This document shows positions 12,601 through 25,493 of a DNA stretch of 59,145 nt, in pieces (position 1 is the first letter of the stretch; every line of letters starts with the position of its first letter). The translations under genes and the position numbers were made by a program. The DNA is from Trichoplax sp. H2 (Eukaryota), in the NCBI GenBank assembly GCA_003344405.1, contig NOWV01000299.1:1-59145 (forward strand), written 5' to 3'. Below the pieces are notes generated by a model. The model saw only the letters and a program-made list of their open reading frames with translations. It did no database searches and was not told the origin of the DNA.

Positions 12601-15600
12601 TAGCTATGTATAGGATTTTGAAATACTGATGATAACTGTTTTATTTAGGTGAACTTCAAACCAATTGTCCAACAGATTGGAATATTAACGGTGTTAACTG
12701 CATCCAAATCACATTTCAGAAACTAAGATTTTACAATGCTCGAGAATTCTGTAGCTATCATAAATCGGATCTTATTTCACTATCATCGATAGATTTAGAA
12801 CAAGTAACTCAAAATTTAATTGAGCAGAAAGCAGTAAATCAATTAGTCAACATTACGGGAGTTTCATTTTGGATTGGCTTATATAAGGTAAATAATACTT
12901 TCCAATGGCTCCAAGATTCGACAGCAGTGCAAGAAAATTCCAAATTGGAATTTAGATCGACTGCCGGTACTAGCCAACTTCGATGTGCAGTGATGGAATA
13001 CATGCATTTAAATGGTACTTGGGTTTGGTATACCGTCGATTGTGTAAGCCATCGAGCTTACCTAATATGCAGGAAAACGATAGGTATAATACTGCAATTA
13101 ATTCGATTTCTTTTAATGCTACAATTTAATACTAATCGATTGCAATTTACTGCATTTGTATAATTTTGAGTTGCTTATGGATTTACAGTTATTGCCGTTT
13201 TTATAATAATTCTTTTAGTCGTTTTACCCCAATTCTTTGTAACTTAATAATTTGATAGCTTATTTTTTATATGATTTTGAGTTGGCTATTGATTCATAAA
13301 CTATTATAGTCTCCACTTTTATTCTAAATCTTTCTCACATTGATAGCTAAGTAGAAGATGGATATCATTTGTAATAGTACCAAAATTTTAACTATAGTAA
13401 ATTTTAACAACTTTAAGCTGATATCTATCATAAGTGATAATTCTAAGTTTTAATATTATACTCACGGTATCTAATTGCTTATAAATTTATCGATTCACAG
13501 CTATTGTTACCTATACCATGCATGATTCATGTATTCATTTTACCGTATATCGTATATTTTTGTGCATTGATATCTACCTTTTGCCTAAGATTAATTTAAG
13601 CTGGCTATTCATTCACAAATTGTATATAATTCGTGAAGTTTCTGCTTCAATTCTTAACTTATTATACGTCAATAGATGTAGATAGGGTGGATATCCTTTA
13701 CTATTATACTAGAATTCTTATTTTAGTAAATCTCAGCTGCTTAATTGCTGATATCATTTATAAGTAATAAATCTAAATTTTAATATTATCCATACGGCTT
13801 CTAATGTACATTGTGAATATTTCATTGAAAAACGATTGTCTGTTAATGTTTATCTACAGTATAGTAAATGATAAATTTTTTTATTAGATCTAGAAAGCGA
13901 CACCTCAACATTCCCTATGGTTCAATCAACCACCCAGGTTCCAGTCACTACAGAGGATTCTGAAACTGGAGCAATTTCTTTTGCTATTGATGCAGTGATA
14001 GCCAATACGGAAGATTCTTCAACCACAGACATTTCTACTAATACTATTGTAACCACTCCAAACATTTCCACTACTACTACAGAGAATTCTACAACTTCGA
14101 ATATTTTTACTACTACTAGTGCTGTGACAGCTGCTGTGGAGAATTCTACAACCCTGAACGTTTCTGCTACTACCAACGCGGCGACAGCCACTACAGAGAA
14201 TTCTATAACTACTAAAATTTCTATTACTACCAGTGCAGCGACAGCTGCTGTAGAAGATTCTACAACCCTAAGCATTCCTGCTGCTACTAACACAGCGACA
14301 GCCACTACAGAGAATTCTACAACCACAAAAATTTCTACTACTACTAGTGCAGCGACATCTGCTGTAGAAGATTCTACAACCCTAAGCATTCCTGCTGCTA
14401 CTAACACAGCGACAGCCACTACAGAGAATTCTACAACCACAAAAATTTCTACTACTACTAGTGCAGCGACAGCTGCTTTAGGGGATTCTACAACCCCGAA
14501 CATTTCTACTACTACTAACACAGCGACAGTTACCACAGAGAATTCTACAACCAAAAAAATTTCTACTACCACTAACACAACTACAGCCACTATAGAGGAT
14601 TCTACGACTCCAACCATTTCTACTACTAATAACGCAGCGACACTTACTACGAAGGATTCTAAAACCGTAAATATTTCTATTACTACTGATGCAAAGACAG
14701 CTACTATAGAGGATTCTCCAATCGTAAACGTTTCTACTACTAAAAACGGAGTGATAGCCACTATAGAGGATTCTACAATCGCAAATATTTCTGTTACTAC
14801 TAACGTAGCGACTACCACTACAGAGGATTCTACAACTTCAAGCTTTTCTACTGCTACTAATAATGCAGTAACAACCAATACAGTTCCCATTACGAAAAGA
14901 AATCCACGTACTATTAAAGCTTTAACAAACATTGGTTTGTTGCTAGAATTAAATAAAGGATAAGAATATAAATATAATATCAATTTGTCTTTTACGCTCA
15001 ATATTCTGATTTGAATTGGAAATATCCAACAGGTACAACTACGACAACGATGTTATCAACTGTAAGCACTTTGTCCACTAGAGTGGCAACAAATCGAAAC
15101 CAAACCTATGATAATATTGATGAAGTTGTAGATAATGCTGGATTAGAACTAGCGGGAAAGTTATCGCTCTTTGCGAATTCTAACAACTCTCAAGTTTCTT
15201 ATTATTATCAAAAATTAGGTACGTCATTAGTCATATTGAAATTTAATTTAATTTCCTCTTATTTTTATCTGATTTTCAATTTAGTAGCAAATTACATAAC
15301 ATTTTTTAAAGACACATACTACCAGGATTGTTTATAATGGGGTTATTATCGTCGGAACCTACTGAATTTTAACTCTACTTTCGTTTACAAAAGGTGCTCG
15401 GTACACCAGTGATATAATTGAGGCATGCTGTCGATCAAACAGTTGTCGTAGGTTTTAAAATAGCTAACCAGATTTTGTTTCTAATCAGCTATTTCCATGT
15501 TAAAATTTTCAAAAATCTCTACATATTGGAAAGTTTTCACTATTTACTGAAGTACGTAAATTTTCACATTCTGATGTGTAGGAAAATCTTTATTTAAGTT

Positions 15601-18600
15601 AGTAATTGACATTATGCACTATACCACTAATATAATCGGGGTACACTGCTAATGATTACATAGCTATAGTGGTTTTTACTATCGTTTATTAGATTTTTTG
15701 TAATCAGCAATTGCTATATTGAAATATTTAACATCTTCTCACATTAAATTTTTCTATAATTTGCTGAGGTAGTGTACGTGAATTTTTATTTAGAGCTTGG
15801 TAGAATCTTAATCTAAGTTAATAATTGAGATTACTTGTTAGCTTATTACTCTTCGTACCAAGTTTTTACATGTTATACTCTATTGATTTTATCTAAATTC
15901 ACTGATCTGACTTTGTTTTTATTCAGCGATTACTATATTAAAATTTTCAAATTCTCTAGATATTAAATATTCGTATTTTTCGCTATAAGCTGAAGGATGT
16001 AAATTTTTACTTTTTGAAGTATAGTAGAATGTTAATTTTAGTTAATAATTGAGATAGTTTACCAGCTTATTACTCTCCGTACCAAATTTTTACGCATTGT
16101 GCTCTATCAATTTGTCTGAAAATATGTACAATATTTGCTACTTAAAAGCGATAATGAAGTCATTTTGCATTAATATTGAGCTGTTATACAACAAGGGGTT
16201 TGGTATATTCTCACAAATACTAATAAAAAAGTGGTAACAGCATACATTGACATCAACATTGAAGAAGAAGTATCAGCTGTACAAGAATCTGACACTGGTC
16301 ATCCATTAAAAGTTAAAGTTCCTACATCTATAATCGATAATAAATATGAAGGTATTCAAATTAATTAGCTAGCATTTATATCACATAACCTGTATTTTAT
16401 AAGACAAATCTACTGATTCCGACGTGATTATAATTATAAATCCTACTCGATCTTAATAATATAATTACTTCTACACTCTAAAATACATTCATTACTAGGA
16501 CAATTTCAAATAGCGATTGGAATTTATAAATCTACGCAATTTCAGCAACGTAATAGGTACATCATCAAATCCAGCTATATCTTAATTTATTTTGATATAC
16601 AGCATTGGTACCGATGTCATCCTATTTCTATCAATTTGAAAGGAAGTTAAATCTTGAAATCGAAAGACTATAGAAGAATTATTACGATAAGAGATAAACA
16701 TTATATTGACTAATAGTGACAAAATACTTTTCAGTATTTTATGTCATTAGTTTTTAATTTCGCATTAATAAATTCGAATTCAGGGAAAGAGCCCTTTAAT
16801 TAATTAAAATTGCAGTAGTAGTTCTTTTAAATGTGGGTTAAAATAAACTTTATAATGCCAAATGTTAAGCTACATTTCTCGGACAGTCTAACGATAAATG
16901 CGAAAGCACTTCTATTAGTATTTTACTTTTCGTAATTATTAACGACTAAAATCATGATTATCATCTTTCCTTATCTATTGCTTTTGCATAGCTACATTAA
17001 TATCGTGACATATTATAAATTTTTATAGTAAGAGTAAGAACTAATAATTTCTTTGTTTACGAATTGGAAGACGTTGAAATTATTAATTACTAATTTTGAA
17101 TCTTACTTTATTTTTCTATGAATTTTTCTAATCACTAATTTCTTTCTCTTATAGAATACAACAGCCACTAAAATACGCTGTATCATGTCAAATTCGGCCA
17201 ATAATGAAAGGAACATTAAAAGAGCCGGTTGTATTTTTTTATGAAATTAAGGAGGTAAGGAATCATTCCTCGATATATCAGCCAATTTGAAGCAAAACTT
17301 GGATCGAACTCTACGATTTATATATTTTACTTTTTATAGCTTATTAAAATGCAACTGTTATGTATATTAGTTAGTATTAAGATTAAGCAAATTAAGCTAG
17401 ATTATGTTTCCAAAGCATGTGACCAGAACATTTCCTAATCTGTAAATCTGTAACGATCAAACAGTCTTTTTGCATTCTTGTTGTATAATATCCTTTTACT
17501 ACCAAAATTTTACAAGTTTTAAATTCTAACTACTAAAGTAGTAGATAATCTCACGAGATTGGTATGTAATATATATATATATATTGTAGGGGAGTAACAA
17601 ACAACCCAGTTGTGCCTACTGGAAAAAGAAGTAAGATAAAACAATGGATGATAGATTGTGAAATAAATAATGAGTAAATAGATAGGTTTAAGAGAATGAG
17701 ACAATGCATAAATAGCTTTCTGAAGCATTGTTATGCAATGACGTCTGGTTAAATAACGGTATCTGTAGGCCTGCATTGCTTGAAATATTCCTTATCCGTA
17801 TGCTTATTTTTGAATTCTATTTAGCCATTGGGCTACTGATGGTTTGAAATTGGAAAAGATCAATGCTACAACTATAAAATGTCTATCTTATCATTTAACA
17901 AGTTTCTCCGTTCTGCTTCGTTTCAATAATTACTCGGTAAACCATAAAATTAAAGCAATTTGTACGCTAAATGCCATGCACTTAATAATTAAATTTACTG
18001 CATGCATTAATGTTTTTATATACCTTTCCTCTACTATTGCTAAAGTCGCCGAAAATCCATGATAAAATCCTAAGCATAACAACCTATATCGGGTTATCTA
18101 TATCACTACTTTGTCTTATAGTGACGTTCTTAACTTTTACTGCGATCAGGTAGGCAATTATTGTTTTTATCAAATCGGATTCAAAGAGTAGTTTTCTAAA
18201 AATCGATGATTTAATGAACACCTTAAAGTAGATCATGTGATGTATAGTAAATCTATCGATACTTCTATATAATAAACATAATAAAAAATTTACATCTTAA
18301 ACTTGATAATTAACACTTCTTCTTCTTTTTAGGCAATTTCATAGCATACGCGGCTTGATTCATGCAAATATGGCAGCTTCTATGATAATTTCTACTACGG
18401 TATTTTTACTTGGTATCCAATGGACAAATTCTCCGGTAGATCATAAGTAGCTATAGATAACTACAGTTTTATGTTTTAAGAGTAATTCAGTTTTATTCTT
18501 GATTCGTTAAAGTATAAATGATAGTCCAAATTATATTCATGTATTTGTTATTGTACATATCTAGAAAGAGCTAATAAGTCTTACTAAGTATTCAATTCTA

Positions 18601-20777
18601 AAATGTATTTTATCTTCGTGTCTATCTTACCATCATTTAGGCTGTTGCATTAAAGTAAATAAATAAGTAAATTTAATTGCCTAACAGTGAAGGTTACACA
18701 TTTGATCAATTCAGAAATTAGAAATTAAAGCATTTTACTCGATGTTCTAATTTTCCTTACCTTAATTGATACGTTATACTGTTTAACGTAGGCTATTTGC
18801 AAAAGTATTGCTGCCATTCTCCATTTCTCGCTTTTGGCTACGTTTTTATGGATGTTAATTGAGGGTATTGCTACTTTCAAAATGTCAACCCACAATCTTG
18901 AAAGTCGAAATTCTTCTATTTCATATTTGCTTCTTGGTTGGGGTTAGTAAAGAAGTTGAGATAGAATAAATACCAAATTATTTATTAAGTCTGAAATGTA
19001 ATTATCAAAATAGGTATTCCAATGGTCATTGTACTAATTTCCTTTCTGAGCGGTAGCACATATTATGGGACAACGACTTAGTATGTAAATTAGTTTATAA
19101 CTTCGAATTACCGAGCACATTCATCTATCCGTATATAATTAAACGATTTTATGAATCTATACTAAATTATTTCTTCAATGTCGGTATACCTATAACTATT
19201 ATCGTATTACTACGTATTAAGTTGCTGGATTCAACCTGGAAAGCATCTGCTGTATGCATTTGGAATTCCTACATCGATTATTGTGTGTGTAAGTTTGAAA
19301 AATGTTTTATACTTAAATCAAAAGATGAATCTGTGATACTCTGATACATTCATTTATATCTAATCTCTTCTAGATTAATGTTATTTTAATGATACGAATA
19401 GCCAGATCATTAGTTGGAATTCGCGCAATTGCAACTAAGTCAAATATACAGAAAGTCAGGTCATCTAGCATATTCATTTATTAAATTTTTGGTAATGCTT
19501 TCAGTTTGAATTAGATTTCAGAATAATTATTGGAACTAATAAGCATAGATATATCTGTAAATTTAGATCGCAGAAACGTCTTTATTTGCTAAAGGGTTTT
19601 TTATTATCTAGAGAATAGCATGTATAAAGCAAGCTTTTATTGATTATACAAGTACTAATTTAAGCTTCGCTAAGTTGATAATCATATCAGTATATCCTCA
19701 TACATAATTTTAATTTTAGGGCTAGAGATATGGTCCCATTTTACACTTTTAATTCATAATTCCTTACTGTATCGGTTTATAAACGTTATTTTAAAATTCC
19801 TGAACTTGCACTTCTGTATTGAAGTTTTCATTTATGACATAAACTGAATAAGGCTGGTAACCTTATCGTGCATTTCAGTACTTGTCTTTTATTATCTCTT
19901 TACTTCTTCATGGAAATCAAATCTCTTGTCCTGTTATATCTTTCTTAGTTTAATCTTGATTATTTTAATTTTCAAGCATAAAATGTAGTCGACGAAAATT
20001 TCATCAACCATAAAGTACTTAAATAACAATAATCGTATTGCAATCAGTAATGAAAATCTATATCTTAATAACGTGTACATAGGGCATTACTTCGAGCATC
20101 GGCAGCGCTACTACCACTACTAGGAATAACTTGGGTAGTTGGCTTTCTAGCGTATAATCATCAAACTCTTATACTTGATTACTTCTTCGTTATCCTCAAT
20201 TCATTTCAAGTAAGCTTATTATTCTCACTCTAAATATAAAAAATGTTTTGCTTTTCAATTGCAATTACGGTTTTCTTTACTGAAATGGCTTAACTTTAAC
20301 TTTGTTCACTTTATTACAATAACAGGGTGTATTTATATTTTATTTTCACTGTTACAACTATAAAGGAGTAAGTACGATAGTAGATTTGTCATCGATTACA
20401 ATCATTACGATATAATTGCATGACTTAAAGTATACGATAGTTATTTCACATAATATTCATAATATTTACATAAAATTTGAAAGGCTATATTATAATAAAG
20501 CTACAAGAACTATGATGGTATTTTATATTTTTCCAGGTTAAGAGATATTATGCAAGGAGGTTTATTCATAGCGCTTACAGCCCTCGTAACCAAATTTCAA
20601 AAGCCTCAAATACGGACCTTATGACACGTTCAAAGGTAATATGGAAGCTTTAAGATTTTGTATGACTAATATAGGGCAAATTTTAACTAACAGTAATGTC
20701 TTAATTTTTTCCATTTCGCTAATCATTTCTTATATTTCTATTCGTTACAGCGTAGAAAGTCGGCCTGGGAAGGATAA
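6644..20777 (+). CDS. Adhesion GPCR gene 1: signal peptide, 5 C-type lectin-like domains, mucin stalk, GAIN/GPS, 7TM (27 exons, about 1612 codons; one in-frame TAA at 11705-11707)
   Basis: Phase-consistent GT-AG exons: 6644-6701 (MGSCILFLAIITCKQVSTA), 7687-8076, 9538-9606, 9714-10124, 10200-10577, 10690-10721, 11250-11298, 11382-11762, 12366-12413, 12649-13083, 13888-14934, 15033-15218, 16181-16351 (weak GAG acceptor), 16499-16556, 17155-17254, 17590-17630, 17825-17936, 18046-18149, 18333-18435, 18792-18942, 19014-19080, 19222-19288, 19374-19459, 20083-20209, 20326-20367, 20537-20635, 20751-20777 (TAA). Motifs: CAYW...W..DG...C.SYHLTSF (GPS), IHANM, WMLIEG, GWGIP, CWI, LPLLGITW, NSFQGVFIF. 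AATAAA at 20951. Confidence 0.88.
7687..8076 (+). CDS. Gene 1 exon: C-type lectin-like domain 1
   Basis: RYFF...TFQAAVNYC...GGSLLEI...FWIGI...W...C...WKNLRC...RFICQ; phase 1-1 exon. Confidence 0.9.
8688..9238 (+). mobile_element. Solo-LTR-like element family A, copy 2 (551 bp, in gene 1 intron)
   Basis: TGTAAT...ATCACA termini; perfect 5-bp TSD CCTGT (8683-8687 and 9239-9243); AATAAA near the 3' end. Confidence 0.88.
9714..10124 (+). CDS. Gene 1 exon: C-type lectin-like domain 2
   Basis: VCKAP...TCL...NYC...LLQVES...VWIGL...FTW...KCATI...WKNRPC...PFICQ; phase 1-1. Confidence 0.9.
10200..10577 (+). CDS. Gene 1 exon: C-type lectin-like domain 3
   Basis: CPAGWLQFRDSCY...W.GA...C...LAII.S..E...LWIAM...CMLV...W...C...PLCQ; phase 1-1. 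Confidence 0.9.
11382..11762 (+). CDS. Gene 1 exon: C-type lectin-like domain 4, interrupted by in-frame TAA
   Basis: CPDNWLLYRNYCY...RC...VWIGL...FTW...CTVLKKSNEF*SSWYVRDC...ILCQR; the domain continues in frame past the stop to a GT donor at 11763. Confidence 0.85.
12649..13083 (+). CDS. Gene 1 exon: C-type lectin-like domain 5 (membrane-proximal)
   Basis: CPTDW...NCI...F.NAREFC...SDL...FWIGL...FQW...CAVM...WVWYTVDC...LICRK; phase 1-1. Confidence 0.9.
13265..13810. repeat. Diverged intronic tandem duplication, period about 320 bp
   Basis: TGGCTATT.ATTCA.AAA...TGGATATC.TTT...TAGTAAAT...GCTGATATC...TTTTAATATTAT occurs twice. Confidence 0.65.
14082..14879 (+). repeat. Coding tandem repeat: 14 x 57 nt (19 aa) Thr/Ser-rich mucin-like stalk within exon 13888-14934
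   Basis: Consensus E(D/N)STTxxISTTTxxATAxx. Unit starts at 14082+57n (checked at 14253, 14367, 14823). Near-exact 114-nt dimer in the middle. Confidence 0.92.
15470..16112. repeat. Diverged intronic tandem repeat, 3 units of about 220 bp
   Basis: Recurring TCAGC.AT...AAAATTTTCAAA...CTGAAG...AGTTA.TAATTGA...GCTTATTACTCT.CGTACCAA blocks near 15470, 15690 and 15910. Confidence 0.7.
17590..20367 (+). CDS. Gene 1 GPS and secretin-like 7TM exons
   Basis: GPS HL|TSFSVLL followed by seven hydrophobic helices. 7TM exon sizes 104/103/151/67/67/86/127/42 are identical to gene 2. Confidence 0.92.
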
Positions 20778-22368
20778 TATTATACCAGATCTACAGTTAC
20801 TAGTATTATCTTGCATGGATAAATTGAACTGATTAGTGAAACTTTCTCATAAATATCTTGAGAATTAGATTTGCTTATACCATTTTTGTCTTCGTAAGTG
20901 CAGATTTACCGAGCAATAGTTGTAGATTGGGTGGTGTGTTTAAAATTGTAAATAAAACAGTTCATAAACATCAATATTTAAATTTGTGGTACACATTATT
21001 GTATAACCTAGACACCGTCTTATAATGGCATACTTGAACATATTTTGAAAAAATTAAATTAGTAATGATGTGCCTAGCTAAAACATTCAAAAGCAATCAA
21101 AATGATACAAAGAAGTTATTGCATCAAGCCCAAACCATCAAAAAGTTATTATATTACAAATGTAATTGAAGTATTTAAATACTAATTCTGAATGCGTGAT
21201 CTTAGATATCATTACCTTATTATATTCTGTAACGTTGAATTTTAATTTTAATGATGCCATCATTCATGTGGAAAATCAAGTTAGATAAAATGTCAGACAT
21301 ACGCCTGCAAAACTAATTATTTGCATTCGAAACCTGATCCAAGAATTGCTTTATTACGGTATTCTAAACCTGAAACTTAAATGGTGCCTTGTAATACGGT
21401 ATAGCTAGTCTTTGACCCATTTGGTTTAGAAAACGCTATAGCTCAACATTTAATTTGTTACATATAGACATCAATATATAAAGAGAATCTCTTTGCACGT
21501 CATTAGGAATGTACCTACACATAATTATAATCATTTATATTAGCCAATGTAATTAAAGTTTAAAGCCAGATTTTGTTACGTTAGATAATCCTGCAAATTT
21601 GCTGGTTTATCGTGTTTAAATCATGTAGATTACTAACTTTAGGTAGCTACAACTTGTTACGCACGGTACGAACCCGTGACACAACTCTAAAGTAGCTATC
21701 AAATAAATTTTATCCGGAAGCTTTCCTGATGTTGTTTTTATGCTTAAATACTGCCTAAAGTAGCTAAAAATTACAATTAAGAGTTACAGGAAATAGATAA
21801 ATTGACTGTTTGATTGTAATATTGTACTATAGGGTACCTATTTATCGAAGTTAATTACTGAACATATTGCAGCAACTCTATTTAGATTTTTATATGAAGA
21901 TTCCAAGACATAAATAGATTGCAATAAGCACATAAGCACCGTGAAATCTGTATAGTGATCTTTTAATTATAAGCGCAAATGATGAATAGACCACGATAGT
22001 AAACTTTGATTTTGCACTTAATTAGCAAGATATGAAAGTGTGACTAAACGAACCATTTTATAACTGATTGTATTTAAATCATAAATTTTACTGTAATAAT
22101 TTAAATATTCTGATTGTAGCTAGATAGTCCTTGATCGCTGTTAAATCAACCTAATTTAAGTAACAAATTGAAGTTTAAAAGAAACTCAAATTTTTCTTTA
22201 TTATTATGAAGACACTTTGTCATACAGCGCCACGATGAAAAGAACTAAAATTAAGCCACAAGAGAGCTCTAAGCCAAGCAATTCACTTGCATTAGCATCT
22301 ATGGCAACTAATGCACGTCATTTCTCATGAGCTAATTTTGATTTCCGATAAGAAATGGTGTCCCACTC

Positions 22369-22927
22369 TCCCACAACTACCCTTGCGACACAAGAAAACA
22401 ACACAGTACTTATAATTAACTTTACATCTATCCACTAAACTACTTCCCTAGCGTACGGTATAGTAACTGGAATCCTTGCGAAGTACTAACTCGCTCATCA
22501 CAATATAAGATATAAAACTATCACACAACCTAGCCTTAACCTGAATCACTTTTTATTGATCATAGTCCTTCTTATATACTCTTTCAGTAGTAATAAACAT
22601 ATTTACTATGCTACCAACATATTTCAATAACAAACATGTTATTACGATTGAATTGTCAAATACGGACATTCGAGGTAATAAACAATTTCATACTTAAATC
22701 TACTTCGACAATAAGCCCTGTCAAGCTCATATGTTCTCGATACTTATAACATATTACTATATCATCATAATATCATAATAACTTAGGGTATTACTAACAA
22801 TAACAATAGATAGAGAAGACCTTCTCTAACAATTCCTTAAGTAGTAGTTCATACTTCTAAAAAGTTCAAAACAAAATGTTATCGTAGACTACATATCCAT
22901 ATCTAAGCTATTCTGATGGCTGTGACA
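22369..22927 (+). mobile_element. Older LTR-like element family C, second copy
   Basis: Shares CACAACTAC...AACAAC.CAGTACTTATAAT...ACTACTTCCCTAGC...ATATTTCAATAACAAACAT...CTGTGACA with 47013-47464; TSD degraded. Confidence 0.65.
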
Positions 22928-22939
22928 TAGTCATTAGGC

Positions 22940-23337
22940 TGTAATGTAACTAGTATTGTGATTGTAGACTGTTAGCCATGTTTAGTATAATGTACGGTAG
23001 ATATTTATCCTAAGAGATATTTGGAGCTACAGTATAACTATAGACTGTAGTGGTATAGACTCTATGCTAGAGTACAGGTGACTATATACGGTAAGGTGTT
23101 GAGTTACTAATAAGGCTATAGGTAAAAATAAAAATGTAAATTATATATTAGGATATGGTTAATTCATTGTACTTTGGCTGGTGTGAATAATGTCTACGTA
23201 AATACTGCAGTCGTATCCATATCGGATTAATAGTAGTATTCGGCTAGAGTAGAGCTGTGGTAGTTAATCTTTGTATAAATTTCAATAAAGCCCTTATTTT
23301 TCGAAAATCTGGAATTTCGTGATTGGTATATATCACA
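22940..23337 (+). mobile_element. Solo-LTR-like element family A, copy 3 (about 155-bp internal deletion)
   Basis: TG...CA termini; perfect TSD TAGGC (22935-22939 and 23338-23342). Confidence 0.87.
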
Positions 23338-25493
23338 TAGGCTAATTGTAATATTTAGATAAGAAAAAGCGATTCCTGACGGTACTCGTTACCTTATAAG
23401 AAATTTAATGCGTAATTCAAAGCGCTAGCTAGGAAGCTAAAATTTCTATATATTATTGCCTTGCAAAGATTACAGTTTCAACTCTTTTTATCGTTATTGT
23501 GCAAATATCACATCATTAAGAGAGGCTGCCATTCAGATAATTGGATTAATATAGTATTTTCACAGAGTAACGAATTACAATAAATAACAATAAATAAATT
23601 AAATGTTACCTTGAAAAAATTCTAACTTCACTGGGTTTAAAGCGATAAATATAGAGAACATTTTTGCTCTAGCATCATTATTCATCTATTTTTGGTCTGA
23701 TTATTTCTGGAGCTAATTAAATTAATTTGAGCAAGAGTACACGGAAAGAAGATATATCTAATTTATGAAACTCATGCACTTTAATATATCAAACATTGCT
23801 GACACAAATCAATTAATTGCAGTATCTTAGGGATTTTATTTAGGCTCATAAGAGAAATGATCCTCATGTAACTTGTAGCATAATAGTTTTTAGTGAAATA
23901 TGTATATGTTATTATGTTATATATACTTAGACATGATATTAAAGCTGGCTTCGTACGCCAAATCAACAATTTAAACAGAGTTTGAATTTCATTAGACCAT
24001 AAAATCCTAACCCGCAGCAAGTGCTGCCCACCTTATGTCTAGCAATCACGAGAATGTAGAAGCCTATCCTCAATTAGGAATTCATTCATCTGATACCTCC
24101 ATAATCATATCTACTGTTGAAGTCCACTATGTCGACAAATGAAACGACATCGTGCAGTAAATTCAACTGATGGAGATGGCAGAATCTCTATAAGCTGCTC
24201 ATTAATGATATTAGTAACAGTACACAAGCCTGTCTATCGACTTCATCTCTAATATTAGATGAAAATAAATTAAAATAATAAATCTTTCGAGTGAAAAATA
24301 CATATCAGTTATTTTCTGCAGCTGATATAATGTGAGTAGAATAATTATAAGGTAAAAGAAATAAATTCACAGAGATTAAGAGATCTTACTATTTTAAATA
24401 ATATGCAATATTTGTAACATGTAAGTCATCTTAATTATTCTGTGAGGCACTGCAATAGAACGCAATTGTAGTAAAGTGAAAATAACATTTGAAAATTGAA
24501 AATATGACGGTAATACTTGGTTGGATTAGAGGAAACATCATTCTTTAATATAACTTCTTAATGAAAGTAGAGTATTCTTATTTCCAATATTGATAATATG
24601 TAAGACGCTATCAAAAGAACTATTTTTGATTAATTCTCTTCCCGTATTAAAGATAATTGTATCCTAATTGCAAATTTAAGTACTGTACAAGTTTTTATTA
24701 TCATAATTAATTGAAGCCCACTTTTATTTAGAAGCAAGGTGGCTCCCGTTGCATCTATTACTGGATATTAATGTTAAAATTTTAATAAAGATCCTTGTTG
24801 GATCTATCAGAGTAAGATTTGACTGTATTATAAGAATAAAATTATACATCCATTTGCAACTAGTAGCCCCAGAAACAAATAAAATAGAGAATTAAAGTTA
24901 AAAGAACATATAGAGTGAAACGAGATATAATTTTCTGCGATATTCATTAAAATAAGATCAGATTTACGTACGACATGATAATACTGTATAATTTATGTTC
25001 CAAATCGACATTTCATGTATGCTAGAAAATAATTTTAATCTGAACATTGCATCAGTTAAACTGAGCTGGGCGGATTGGCTCGAATCGGCTGCTGATGTGC
25101 ATAAATAAGTTCAATTGGCTAGATTGAACGCTTATGCATCCTGTTTATAAATTTATTTGGATAAATAAATCAATATATCACGAAAAATAGTATTACTGGC
25201 TGATTGCATAAGTACAAGATTTGATATTGTACGGTTTTTCGATATCAAAGTCTAAGAGTACGATCTGTAGATGGAGGTATTAGTAATGCTGTTATTTAGA
25301 TAAATGCCTTCTAGCATAAGAAAGAAATATTCTCATATTTCATTCTTGGGCCATTTTAGAGAGTAATTTTTGATTGCTAGGTAGCAAGCATTGCTGCGAG
25401 TTAGTTTAATAGTTTGTTTAAGCTGCTTAATCTTGCTTCAGATCAATAGTGTAATTAGCTACTCTAGTGTCTTTTGGTTTGGCATTCTTGAGT

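Noticed and set aside
14082..14879. Regularly spaced repeats as a possible CRISPR array
   Set aside because: Contiguous in-frame coding repeats without unique spacers, in a eukaryotic gene; no cas genes.
13922..15001. 359-aa Val-rich ORF on the minus strand
   Set aside because: Antisense shadow of the Thr-rich mucin repeat exon; the + strand frame splices into gene 1.
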